Notes under the pieces: model-generated
Databases searched by the model: none
What the model was told of the DNA's origin: nothing
The model's input: only the letters and a program-made list of their open reading frames with translations
Translations under genes and position numbers: made by a program
Shown: piece after piece, positions 43,127 through 55,235 of the stretch
Numbering within the stretch: position 1 is the stretch's first letter
Layout of the letters: each line of letters begins with the position of its first letter
NCBI GenBank assembly: GCA_964016885.1
Contig: OZ024742.1
Location: 79,236,001 to 79,300,000 of the forward strand
DNA length: 64,000 bases
Source: Eledone cirrhosa
Taxonomy: Eukaryota
Reading direction: 5' to 3'

Positions 43127-43455
43127 ACATTATATAAAGAAAGAAGAAACATTAGATATAATTAATAAAATATACCATACCCAAATTTCTTTATTACTCC
43201 TCGACTACGTAGTTTCGTGGCATATTATGCAAAAAACACTACATCACAGAGATAAACTATTTTTGTGAGGTTTGCCGACTTATCAAGAGGATACCTCATT
43301 TAGAGTTTCAAAACACATCCGTAGGACGCGAGATAGAATCCCGAAAGGCGGAGAGGGAGTCAATCACGTGATACAGCGGTCAAGAAACAGAGCTAAGCCT
43401 CTTATTAATATCTTATTAATTATATCTAATGTTTCTTCTTTCTTTATAATGTATT
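43127..43455 (-). mobile_element. PLE-type terminal fragment with inverted end and degenerate hammerhead; paralogue at ~47990-48298 (+)
   Basis: 43127-43172 is inverted at 43410-43452; GAAA CTACGTAG TC GAG half-ribozyme present in both copies, CUGAUGA box damaged. Confidence 0.6.
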
Positions 43456-43632
43456 ATATAGCTCTGATACTGAATCAATCTAATCCATTCGGATTATTTT
43501 GTCCCAGTTATTCATAGAGCAACATCGGTTGAGGTTGGCACCACAAATTCAGGGATATATGTGGATATATTCATGTATATGTATGTGTCCGCATGTATCT
43601 GTGTATTTCTTTAAATTGTGTGTATATATATA

Positions 43633-44253
43633 TATATATTGGTAAACGGAATAGAAAATGCTGACAAATTGTTCACAGTTGATAAATGGTTTAATTAGGA
43701 ATAAAAGAGTATTAGTGATTGTATGGGTTAGTATTCAGTTGTGGTTTTAAGTTTTTAAGTTTTTACCGGTTGCGCATTTCTAAATGCTTTTCAAAAATAA
43801 TTTTGAGATAGAGTGTCCGTGCTGTTTGCTCTGATCTGATTAGTTTTGGGAATTCTACCTGTTTTTATGTTAAAAAAGTGGCTCCAGCGTTATTTTTGTG
43901 TTGCAAAAATTCTTGTGGTCAAAACAATTTTGATTGGTCGGTAGAGGTCATGTGAATGTAAAGAGTTGATTTTGCGCCAAGACTGTTTTTATGTTAAAAA
44001 AGTGGCTCCAGCAAAAATTCTTGGTCAAAACAATTTTGATTGGTCGGTAGAGGTCATGTGAATAAAACATTGGTTTTGCGCCAAGATTGAGAAATGACTC
44101 TTTCACAACAAATATATGTGTGTGTGTGTGTATGTGTGTGTGTGTGTGTGTAGTAGTAGTAAGGTGTTCGATGCTGCGACAATGGCCAGCAGCGATGTGT
44201 GTCAAATGGCTATTAAGATAAGTGTGTGTGTGCGTGTGTGTGTGTGTGCGCGC

Positions 44254-44314
<61 letters not shown>

Positions 44315-44395
44315 GCAGAGTGATTCGTGGTGGTAGGGATGGTCAGTAAGAATGTGTCTGAAAGCAATGGGGGGTATTTTAGCATGTCAAAAGAT

Positions 44396-44478
<83 letters not shown>

Positions 44479-45615
44479 GCAGAGTAATTTGTGGTGGCAG
44501 GGATGGTCAGTAAGAATGTGTCTGAAAGCAATGGGGGGTATTTTAGCATGTCAAAAGATATTTTTCAGCTTCCTCGGCATCCTCATTAAGATCCATAACA
44601 AAAAAATAGAAACAGACATATACTACAAGCCCACAGACTCCAAGCAATATCTCCCCTTCAACTCTTGCCACCCTAGACACGTTAACATTAATATTCCCTA
44701 CAACTTAGCCAAGAGAATCTGTACTATAGTCTCCAATAAAAACATCTGCTACTTACGGCTACAAGAACTAAAGGACACACTCATAGGCAGGGACTACCCT
44801 GCATCACTAATTGACAATGGAATCCAACGTGCCCTAAAACTCAGTACCCAGGACCTTAGACACCCTAAAGTAAATCAACCAAAACTAAAAGCTCTTCCAT
44901 ACATCTCCACACACAACCCCCTCAACAATGAGGCCTTTGACACCATCCTCCAGAACATCCCTGTATTGAAAAAGGACCATAGAATGAACCAAATTCTACG
45001 AACACACGATATCATAAAGAGCAAAAGACAATCCAAGTCAATGAAAAACATCTTAACACATGCCAAAGTACTGCCAACCACAACAACGAAACCCACAGTA
45101 AAAAAATGCGATAGACCCAACTGTGGCATTTGCATCAACCTAATAGAGGGTTCAGAATTCTATTTCAAAGATGGACAACGTTTTATTGTAGAACACAATT
45201 TCACATGTGCATCGGAAAATCTAATATATGTATTAACTTGTTCAGGTTGTCGAGAAAAATACATAGGCCAGACCAAAAACAGCCTCCGCCAACGCATGAC
45301 TGTCCATAGATCCCAAATTAAAATACGGGAATACAGAAAAATACCACTGAGTGAACACATTGATACCTGTGCCGCCCAAAATCATCCCAACTTCAGAATC
45401 TTTCCCCTCTACAAATTTAAAGATAATGCCACCCACACTCAGCGCACCAGCAAGGAATCTTACTTCATTAACAAATACGGACCCCGTCTAAACACTTCTC
45501 CCTAAGACGAAACCACAACATACACACGTCAACATACATACCTACATCAGCACACATCTCTACCCACATATAAACACAATGACACACGTAATATATGTGC
45601 ATATATATGTATGTA

Positions 45616-45660
<45 letters not shown>

Positions 45661-45812
45661 AATATATGTATGTGTATATATATATATAGTGAATATCATT
45701 TCACACCTTTTATTGTTAAGATTTTTGATGTTCTATTAAGAGAACCGATTTTACTGAAAAAATCGAATAATGTACACCATTTTACCAGGGGGAAAAAATA
45801 CTGGTCCACCCA

Positions 45813-45894
<82 letters not shown>

Positions 45895-46305
45895 CACAAA
45901 CACATACACACGCGTACATCAACATACAAAGAGACTTATATACACACACACACACGCACTTCACCGTATAAGACAAAAGCTGAAAAATATCTTTTGACAT
46001 GCTAAAATACCCCCCATTGCTTTCAGACACATTCTTACTGACCATCCCTGCCACCACAAATTACTCTGCTACACACACACACACACACACGCACACACAC
46101 ACACACACACACACTTATCTTTTGACATGCTAAAATACCCCCCATTGCTTTCAGACACATTCTTACTGACCATCCCTACCACCACGAATCACTCTGCTAT
46201 ACACACACACACACTTATCTTAATAGCCATTTGACACACATCGCTGCTGGCCATTGTCGCAGCATCGAACACCTTACTACTACTACTACTACACACACAC
46301 ACACA

Positions 46306-46348
<43 letters not shown>

Positions 46349-46856
46349 TTGTTGTGAAAGAGTCATTTCTCAATCTTGGCGCAAAACCAATTTTTTATTC
46401 ACATGACCTCTACCGACCAATCAAAATTGTTTTGACCAAGAATTTTTGCTGGAGCCACTTTTTTAACATAAAAACAGTCTTGGCGCAAAATCAACTCTTT
46501 ACATCCACATGACCTCTACCGACCAATCAAAATTGTTTTGACCACAAGAATTTTTGCAACACAAAAATAACGCTGGAGCCACTTTTTTAACATAAAAACA
46601 GGTAGAATTCCCAAAACTAATCAGATCAGAGCAAACAGCACGGACACTCTATCTCAAAATTATTTTTGAAAAGCATTTAGAAATGCCCAACCGGTAAAAA
46701 CTTAAAAACTTAAAACCACAACTGAATACTAACCCATACAATCACCAATACTCTTTTATTCCTAATTAAACCATTTTTCAACTGTGAACAATTTGTCAGC
46801 ATTTTCTATTCCGTTTACCAATATATAATAACTTGTGTGTTACAGCTCTATTCTTT

Positions 46857-46862
<6 letters not shown>
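43633..46862 (+). mobile_element. 5'-truncated Penelope-like element with long inverted copy of its 3' region
   Basis: 43633-44571 is the reverse complement of 45977-46827; ORF lies between; ~35 nt extra tail to 46862; (TA)n on both flanks. Confidence 0.88.
44570..45505 (+). CDS. PLE polyprotein C-terminus: RT thumb, Cys linker, GIY-YIG endonuclease (5'-truncated; the ORF-track start at 44489 lies in the inverted repeat)
   Basis: TDIYYKPTDSKQYL..SCHP.H, CDRPNCGIC, NLIYVLTCSGCREKYIGQTKNSLRQRMTVHR, EH, R..KES.FI...P.LN; uninterrupted to TAA. Confidence 0.92.
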   Translation, partial: FLGILIKIHNKKIETDIYYKPTDSKQYLPFNSCHPRHVNINIPYNLAKRICTIVSNKNICYLRLQELKDTLIGRDYPASLIDNGIQRALKLSTQDLRHPKVNQPKLKALPYISTHNPLNNEAFDTILQNIPVLKKDHRMNQILRTHDIIKSKRQSKSMKNILTHAKVLPTTTTKPTVKKCDRPNCGICINLIEGSEFYFKDGQRFIVEHNFTCASENLIYVLTCSGCREKYIGQTKNSLRQRMTVHRSQIKIREYRKIPLSEHIDTCAAQNHPNFRIFPLYKFKDNATHTQRTSKESYFINKYGPRLNTSP

Positions 46863-46932
<70 letters not shown>

Positions 46933-47109
46933 AGTGTGTGTGCGTATATATATATTATACACACACACATATATATATACTTAAAAAACGCACACATATA
47001 TATATATATATAGTGGTAGAACACTGGAAGGTAATATCCGTAGTGGTAGACCACTCAGTCCATAGGACGAGTTAGGTAGAAGTGGTTACACAACAGGTAG
47101 TTCACCATA

Positions 47110-47148
47110 CCGAGAACAATTGTTTCACCTTAGCGGATCCTCAGCTCG
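47110..47148 (-). ncRNA. Minimal type I hammerhead ribozyme (same family as 8503-8542)
   Basis: Minus: CGAG CTGAGGA TCC GCTAA GGT GAAA CAATTG TT CTCG. Confidence 0.85.
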
Positions 47149-47151
47149 TTA

Positions 47152-47190
47152 CGAGCTGAGGATCTGCTAAGGTGAAACAATTGTTCTTGG
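47152..47190 (+). ncRNA. Minimal type I hammerhead ribozyme, inverted twin of 47110-47148
   Basis: CGAG CTGAGGA TCT GCTAA GGT GAAA CAATTG TT CTTG. Confidence 0.8.
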
Positions 47191-47298
47191 CACAAGGCCA
47201 GCAATTACCCAGTGCATTACTGGTACTTTATTTTATCGACCCTGTAAGGATGAAAGGCAAAGTTAACATTGAAGGGATTTGAACTCAGAATGGCAAGG
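47187..47298 (-). mobile_element. Partial family A SINE fused to the hammerhead palindrome
   Basis: TTGGCACAAGGCCAGCAATTACCC...GGATTTGAACTCAG. Confidence 0.8.
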
Positions 47299-47529
47299 AG
47301 TAATAATAATAACATCAAAATGAAAATAATGAACAGACAATAAGATAAAGATAGGAATAAAAATAAAAGTAATAAATATAATAAAAATGGTGGTGGAGTT
47401 CAAAGTGAGGAAGTGATCAGTGAATACATAAATAACTGGACAGTGTAATATAGTGGAATGAGATGAAACTCATAACCTCTACTTGGATTACCTTAAATGA
47501 TACATCGTTAGCTTAAATATATATACGTA

Positions 47530-47593
<64 letters not shown>

Positions 47594-47601
<8 letters not shown>

Positions 47602-47870
47602 TTAGAAACACACAGATACATGCGGCCACACACATATACATGAATGCATTCACATCCAACCGTGAGTTAATGGTGCCAACCTTACCGATGTTGCTCAATG
47701 AATGACTGGGACAGACTAATCCGGTTGAACTAGACTGAACCAGTATCTGAGTTAAAAATACATTCATTGAGCAACATCGGTAAGGTTGGCACCATTAACT
47801 CACGGTTGGATGTGGATGCATTCATGTATATGTGTGTGTCCGCATGTATCTGTATGTTTCTAAATATATT
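47594..47870. repeat. ~110 bp inverted repeat (fold-back); single related copy at 43465-43620
   Basis: AATATATTTAGAAAC..GATGTTGCTCAATGAAT versus ATTCATTGAGCAACATC..GTTTCTAAATATATT. Confidence 0.85.
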
Positions 47871-48411
47871 GTTCATAACTCCCTCTGGTCGAGTAATCTT
47901 TGAAGTGTGGTGACTGCTGGAAAGCTGCCATTACTCATACTTCTCGTCCCCTTTACCACCTCTTCTACGGCTTCGATATAAATACCCCCTCCGCCTCCGT
48001 GGTATTTTCTTCGGGGTTATAAGAGGCTTAGCTCTGTTTCTCGACCGTTATATCGCGTGACTATCTCCCCCTCCGCCTTTTGGGATTCTTTCTCACGTCG
48101 TGTAGACGCGTTCTTGAAGCTAGTAAAATGAGGTATCCTCTTGATAAGTCGGCAGACCTCGCAAGGGCTCTATATCTTTATGATGTACTCTTTTTGTTTA
48201 TGCCACGAAACTACGTAGTCGAGGAATCTAGGAGCAGTTTAGGTATGATACATTTTATTACTAATTATATCTAAATGTTTCTTCTCTCTTCATAATGTAT
48301 ATATATATATATATATATATATATTTCCAGGAAGTGGAATGCGAAGTTCACTGTAGGTTCACCCAGGTGAGCACTCGATGTTTAGGTTCATTCTGTCATT
48401 ACTACAACAGA

Positions 48412-48496
48412 GGTCCGACGAGCTTTTGATTCCAGAGTCGGGCCAGATTGATACAGATTGAACCTTGAGCTGATCAATAGCGAAACGCACGTCGCC
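48412..48496 (+). ncRNA. Type I hammerhead ribozyme with CCGACGA core and long helix II
   Basis: GGT CCGACGA GCTTTTGAT..ATCAATAGC GAAA CGCACG TC GCC; GUC cleavage triplet. Confidence 0.7.
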
Positions 48497-48544
48497 AACC
48501 AATATACGTAATGAAGACTTAACCATTCGTCCTTGTATTATTAT

Positions 48545-48683
48545 AGAGTTATGGCCATTGCCATTCTGAGTTAAAATCCCGCTGAGGTTAACTTTGCCTT
48601 TCACCCTTACGGGGTCGATAAAATAAACTACCAGTAATTCACTGGGAAAATTGCTGGCCTTTTGCCAAAAGTAGAAACCATTA
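48545..48683 (+). mobile_element. Family A SINE, 5'-truncated
   Basis: Family match with (TTA)n tail. Confidence 0.8.
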
Positions 48684-48859
48684 TTATTATTATTATTATT
48701 ATTGTTGTTGTTGTTGTTGTTGTTATATATATATATATATATATATAAAATTTAACATTGCTATCCATTTACAATGCGTCTAGCCCCAGTCGCTATCTTC
48801 TCACTCGATGAATATAGTGTGTGCACAATTAATAAACCCCAACTGTATATATATATATA

Positions 48860-49257
48860 CGAGGGTAATCCCAAAAGTAAGGTCTCCAAAGCGACGGGTC
48901 GCATAGAAACTGTTCGTACGGCTGTTGGCAACACTGTTGTGATTGGTGCTTCCTTCACTCCCAAACAAACATGCGCACGCTTCGCTGGGATGCTCAATCT
49001 TAGCCTGGGAGCCGCTGAGAATGGAGCTCCCGTTGAACGCTACCGCAAGTGCGAATTTCGTGCAGTTATTATATAGAGGGCAATCCCAAAAGTAAGGTCT
49101 CCTTCCGAGGAAAACATGCGTAAAGATCACTCTGGATGCTCTCTGCATTGTGTTTCCTGAGGTTTCCCGAAGCACCACTCACAGGATTTTAACGGAAAAG
49201 TTGCAATATCGGAAGTTGCAATATCGGAAGGAGACCTTACTTTTGGGATTGCCCTCG
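48860..49257 (+). mobile_element. Internally deleted mariner transposon with three TIR copies
   Basis: 28 bp TIRs CGAGGG(T/C)AATCCCAAAAGTAAGGTCTCC flanked by TA; transposase relics KCEFRAVI and VSRSTTHRILTEKLQYRK; extra TIR at 49076-49102. Confidence 0.88.
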
Positions 49258-49269
49258 TATATTAATTTA

Positions 49270-49800
49270 CTCTCCTTCTTCTTCGCCTACTTATTCCTGA
49301 AGAGATCGCAGAGGCAGAGTCCTCATACACTCCTTCCGGCGGTCTGTCAGAAGCAACGGTCTCCAACAGATCCCGTGGAATACCCAAGTGAAACCAGTTA
49401 AGCTCATGGATGTTATCCAACCATCTTGCTCGGGGTCTACCTCTAAATCTCCTGTCGGTTAGGTTTGAGGTAAAATCTGTCCAGCGTTTTTTTTCTGAGT
49501 CATTCTAAGCACACACCCGTAGTATCGGAGCTGTGGTCTCTCAATTCTGAGAAGTAGCGGCTCTATATGGAGTGACTCCCTGATCTCCGAGCTACGCACT
49601 TTATCGAGTAACGTTACTTCTAGGAAACCTAAGAGGAAGCCCATTTCGGCGGCTTGTATTTTCGGTCGTATTCTTTCGGTCATTACCCAAGATTCATGAC
49701 GATAGGCAAGATTTAGCACGAATACCGAATTGAAGATAGCGAGTTTGCCATTTACACCTACATCCTTTCTTTTGATTATCGAATGTTAAGAGAGGGCTTT
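49270..49800 (-). mobile_element. RTE-clade LINE 3' end
   Basis: HESWVMTERIR..IQAAEMGFL...VTLLDKVRSSEIRESLHIEPLLLRIER.QLR; GAA-rich tail. Confidence 0.85.
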
Positions 49801-51053
49801 GCTGTCAACTGATCACGATCTAGTTATATGCAACTTGAGACTACTTGAAGCCCAAGGAGCTTTCAAAACTGACAGGTTCCACAGGATAAAGTGGATAAGG
49901 AAATCAAGACATAATATTCAAATACTATTGCATCCAAATTCAAAGAACTCCCTGAGCAAACAGAGGACGTCGAGACAGAGTAGCTATTGTTCAGCTCACC
50001 GGTTTTTGCTTCAGCTGATAAACGCTGACGACGAAATAGGGGCAAGGTGTAGCGCTGGATAGCAGGAGGATTTATTGGTTCAATCAAGAGGTCAAAGATA
50101 CCATCTGAGCAAAGTAGGCCTACAAAGCTTGGCTTAGTTCCTCCTCATTGCACTTGCGGTACAAGCAAGCACGTAGAATCGCAGCAGAGACAGTAAAGGT
50201 GTCCAAAGTTAAGACATGGTAGGACTTTGGTGTTAAGTTGGACTCCGATTTCCGATCAGCAAATAAATTGTTTTAGCGGATCATCCATTGACTTCGTAAT
50301 AAGAAGTCTGTCTCCACACCTGCCATCAGGAATGCGCACGGTGTTCTTCTCTCTGCAAGGGGGTGCATCCTTGCGATGAAGAGAGAATATTTTGCTGATC
50401 TTCTAAACTCGAACACAACAGCATTTTCTGATGTAGACGAGGTGCATCTGGGAGCGGTGATTATTCTCTCGGAGGCTGAGATCAGAAAACCAGTTAAAGC
50501 GCTAAAATGTGGCAAGGCTACAAGGGAGTATCAAATCAGGCCCGAGATATTAAAATCGTTGCACAGAGACGGTATTCTCTGGCTTACTCATGTGCCAGCC
50601 GGTCTGGATCTCTGGAAAGGCCACCCAAGCAATGGCAATCGGGAGTGATAATCCCAATTTTCAAAAAGGGGGACGGGATAAAATTTTTCAGTTACAGAGG
50701 GATCTCCTTGTTAAGACTCCCAATAAAGTCAATGTTAAGTCTCTGGCAAAGGGATTTTGGGAGATTCTCGAATCCAAACTAGCTGATGAACAGTGCTGTT
50801 TTTGCCCCGGACACAGCACAGCCAACCAAATATTCACACTGTGACAGATCTTCAGAGAAATTATGGGATTATTGCCAAGAGGTATATTCTTGTTTGTAGA
50901 TCTCAAAAAGGCATATTACTGCGTTGCTCGGGACCTGCTGTGGAAGATTCTGCAGGAGTGTGGGATCGATGGTTTGATTCTTGTTGCACTTGTGTCTCTA
51001 TAGGAATGACTGCGTATTTGTTTCCGAATAAATGATGCTAAATGGAAACCATT

Positions 51054-51056
<3 letters not shown>
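49800..51056 (+). pseudogene. RTE-clade LINE internal segment (EN end to RT start), inverted relative to the adjacent 3' end
   Basis: LSTDH.LV, WQSGVIIPIFKKGD, YRGISLL, EQC.F.PG.ST..QIFTL, FVDLKKAY. Confidence 0.85.
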
Positions 51057-51151
<95 letters not shown>

Positions 51152-51194
51152 AAATGAAAATCCGAAGGCAAGGTAGAATTTCCAATCATTTTAA

Positions 51195-51268
51195 TCACGA
51201 CACATGTTTCAATAAGAGATAGATCGATCGTGAAGCCATGATCAATTATCACTGAACTCATCAGGTGA
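51195..51268 (-). ncRNA. Type I hammerhead ribozyme with long helix II
   Basis: Minus: TCAC CTGATGA G..ATTGATC/GATCGAT..T GAAA CATGTG TC GTGA. Confidence 0.75.
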
Positions 51269-51689
51269 AAATGTGGAGAACTTAATATTGCTAACAAAAA
51301 TTTATTGGACCGTTTTACACAACCAATAATACACATTACTACATACATACATACACACACACACACACATATATATACATATATATATATATACACATAA
51401 CAAAGGTGGACCATAACGCACCAGATTACTCAATACTTAGGGTAGCAGAGTGGGTAATAGGAAAAGAGTTAGGACCCCGACGACTTAGCTCCGGCCGTTT
51501 CGACAGCTAGATCCGACAGCTAGATCTCAGCCGTCGGGATCCTGACTCTGAGGTTTTACAAAGCGAAACTGATCAGTAAGGGCCACTAGAAGAGGTAAAT
51601 ATTTATATTATATTTTTTAATGTATTTTGAAAAATTGATTGAATTTTACTTGTTCTGCTTATCTTAATATATATATATATATATATATA

Positions 51690-51790
51690 TTCCAATGCCA
51701 CAGAACACCCGCCATCCGCATCAGGGTCGAACAACGCACGATCTTCGCCCTACAGACCCACACTCTCCCCGGCCTGAACTCCCCCCCCCA
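51690..51790 (+). pseudogene. GIY-YIG (PLE) C-terminal relic followed by a C/A-rich UTR-like tract
   Basis: IRIRVEQRTIFALQTHTLPGLN matches the R...EQ..IF.L.T..P.GLN terminal motif. Confidence 0.6.
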
Positions 51791-52885
51791 TTCCTTTCCC
51801 TTCGACCGCCCTGTTCCCCCCCCCCACACACACATCCCCCACTAACACCACTAACACACTCCTCCTTTTCACCGCCCACCCCACAACTAACAATACTAAC
51901 ACCCCCCCGACCCTCCAACTAACAATACTACCCCCCTCCCTCTATCACGCACACACCCACCGGTACATATATACACGCACTCACACTATCTACACACCCT
52001 ACTACCACCACTAACCCTCACTCTCACATCCACCCCACCACCCCACAACTAATACCACTAACATCCCCCCGACCCCACGCACACGAACATACCCACCCTC
52101 CCACACCCACTTACACCACCCACTCTACACACCCTCCCACCACTGACCCCCACTAACACACCCGCATTCAACCCTTTCCTCCACCACTAGTATACTAACG
52201 CCCACAAACACCCCCTTCACCACACACACTCATCCAAACACGCACACACACACACCAGTACGCTACCCCCCCTGCCCCCACCTTTTTCTCCCTCTCCTCA
52301 CTCCACCCACACCCCTTCACACACACACACGCACACACACATCCCATTAACACCTCTACTAATACACACCCCATCCCCCGCACGAGCCCTCCCCACTCCA
52401 CCTTTCACACCTACCCATCTCTCCCCTGTCCACCACACCTCCGCACACACTGACACACTGACTTTCTCCACCTGCCATTCTCCTCTACTGCTGCTATGCC
52501 TTGACCCTCTGACCACTTCTCCGCACACACAGGCACACAGCCCTCTACACCTGTCATTCTCCTCTAACCTCCTCTTGCCTTGACCCTCTGACCACTTCCT
52601 GTTGCGCGCGCACCCCACATCTCCTCTCTTCCGACCAACACAATCACGGATTACACACCATTGGCCATCGTTCCCACTATCAACTCAATCACATGGAAAA
52701 TATCCGGCCACTGACCACACCCTCTACGGAACTACCTTAGGAACTTACCCACAGACATACACTCACACAATTTTCTTTCGAACCACGCCACCTACATACA
52801 CAATACGTATAAACACCAGACACACGTGCGTACACCCACATATACACACACTCAGCCTCCGGAATCCCCCCTCCCCCACCCCTCT

Positions 52886-53072
52886 AGGTGAATTGGCAGT
52901 ATCGGTAGAGGGTTGGACGCCATGCTTTCTAGCATAGTTACGACCCTTTACAGTCTGAGTTCAAATCCCGCCGAGGTTAACTTTGCCTTTCATCCTTACG
53001 GGGTCGATAAAATAAAGTACCAGTAATGTACTGCTAATTGCTGGCCTTGTGCCTAAAGTAGAAACAATTATT
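52886..53072 (+). mobile_element. tRNA-SINE family A, short form
   Basis: A/B boxes and family match. Confidence 0.88.
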
Positions 53073-53488
53073 AAAATATATCTAACATTCAATATACGTA
53101 ACAGAATGATCGGACATTGAAGTATTGAGAATATAGAATTAATGTAAAGGATGATATCTCAAGCATAGAGATCTCATAAAACGGCTTATAATATAGTGTG
53201 AATACCCGTAAAAGATGGGAAAAAAAGTTGCCATTGGTCGCTGTGAGAAATTGAATTGCATATCTCTCAGTATCTGGGAGATTTGAGGTATCAATTCCTC
53301 ATAGCAGCCGTTGGTAACTTATATTCCCGTATTTCACGGGTATTCACCGTATTCACCCTACTTTATAAGCTATTTTATAACATCTCTGTGTATGAACACA
53401 TCATCTTTTACAATATATCTAATATATTTCTTACTGACTATGTTTGCGTCCCTCAATGGCAGTCTTATCATATTCGTTGTGTGCGCAA

Positions 53489-55235
53489 GTAGTGGTGGTG
53501 GTAGTGGGAGTGGCCTGCTGGTTGTGAGTGTGTGTGTGTGGAGGTGGTAGCGGGAGTGACCTGCTGGTTGTGAGTGTGTGTGTGTGGAGGTGGTAGCGGG
53601 AGTGACCTGCTGGTTGTGAGTGTGTGTGTGTGTGGAGGTGGTAGTGGGAGTGGCCTGCTGGTTGTGAGTGTGTGTGTGTGGAGGTGGTAGCGGGAGTGGC
53701 CTGCTGGTTGTGAGTATGTGTGTGTGGAGGTGGTAGCGGGAGTGACCTGCTGGTTGTGAGTGTGTGTGTGTGGAGGTGGTAGCGGGAGTGGCCTGCTGGT
53801 TGTGAGTATGTGTGTGTGGAGGTGGTAGCGGGAGTGACCTGCTGGTTGTGAGTGTGTGTGTGTGGAGGTGGTAGCGGGAGTGACCTGCTGGTTGTGAGTG
53901 TGTGTGTGTGGAGGTGGTAGCGGGAGTGACCTGCTGGTTGTGAGTATGTGTGGAGGTGGTAGCGGGAGTGACCTGCTGGTTGTGAGTATGTGTGTGTGGA
54001 GGTGGTAGCGGGAGTGACCTGCTGGTTGTGAGTATGTGTGGAGGTGGTAGCGGGAGTGACCTGCTGGTTGTGAGTGTGTGTGTGTGGAGGTGGTAGCGGG
54101 AGTGACCTGCTGGTTGTGAGTGTGTGTGTGTGGAGGTGGTAGCGGGAGTGACCTGCTGGTTGTGAGTATGTTTGGAGGTGGTAGCGGGAGTGACCTGCTG
54201 GTTGTGAGTGTGTGTGTGTGGAGGTGGTAGCGGGAGTGACCTGCTGGTTGTGAGTATGTGTGTGTGGAGGTGGTAGCGGGAGTGACCTGCTGGTTGTGAG
54301 TGTGTGTGTGTGGAGGTGGTAGCGGGGGTGACCTGCTGGTTGTGAGTATGTGTGTGTGGAGGTGGTAGCGGGAGTGGCCTGCTGGTTGTGAGTGTGTGTG
54401 TGTGGAGGTGGTAGCGGGAGTGACCTGCTGGTTGTGAGTGTGTGTGTGTGGAGGTGGTAGCGGGAGTGGCCTGCTGGTTGTGAGTGTGTGTGTGTGGAGG
54501 TGGTAGCGGGAGTGACCTGCTGGTTGTGAGTGTGTGTGTGTGGAGGTGGTAGCGGGAGTGACCTGCTGGTTGTGAGTGTGTGTGTGTGGAGGTGGTAGCG
54601 GGAGTGGCCTGCTGGTTGTGAGTGTGTGTGTGTGGAGGTGGTAGCGGGAGTGACCTGCTGGTTGTGAGTATGTGTGTGTGGAGGTGGTAGCGGGAGTGGC
54701 CTGCTGGTTGTGAGTGTGTGTGTGTGGAGGTGGTAGCGGGAGTGGCCTGCTGGTTGTGAGTGTGTGTGTGTGGAGGTGGTAGCGGGAGTGACCTGCTGGT
54801 TGTGAGTGTGTGTGTGTGAGGGTGGTAGTGGGAGTGACTTTCTGGTTGTGAGTGTGTGTGTGTGTGGGTGGTAGTGGGAGTGGCTTTCTGGTTGTGAGTG
54901 TGTGTGTGTAGGTGGTAGCGGGAGTGGCCTGCTGGTTGTGAATGTGTGTGGAGGTGGTAGTGGGAGTGATCTGGTTGTGAGTGTGTGTGTGTGGGGGTGG
55001 TAGTGGGAGTGGCTTTCTGGTTGTGAGTGTGTGTGTGTAGGTGGTAGAGGGAGTGACCTTCCGGTTGTGAATGTGTGTGGAGGTGGTAGTGGGAGTGATC
55101 TGGTTGTGAGTGTGTGTGTGTGGGGGTGGTAGTGGGAGTGACCTTCTGGTTGTGAGTGTGTGTGGAGGTGGTAGTGGGAGTGATCTTGTTGTGAGTGTGT
55201 GTGTGTGGAGGTGGTAGTGGGAGTGATCTTGTTGT
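53489..55235. repeat. G-rich minisatellite, ~37-43 bp unit, roughly 40+ copies
   Basis: Unit GGAGGTGGTAGCGGGAGTG(A/G)CCTGCTGGTTGTGAG(TG)n. Confidence 0.95.

Noticed and set aside
44489-45505. Selenoprotein-type PLE (UGA recoding) or a host endonuclease gene starting at 44489
   Set aside because: No in-frame TGA and no convincing SECIS; the apparent N-terminus is read-through from the inverted repeat, so this is a truncated transposon ORF
53489-55235. CRISPR-like repeat-spacer appearance
   Set aside because: No unique spacers, only (TG)n length variants; no cas genes; eukaryotic context
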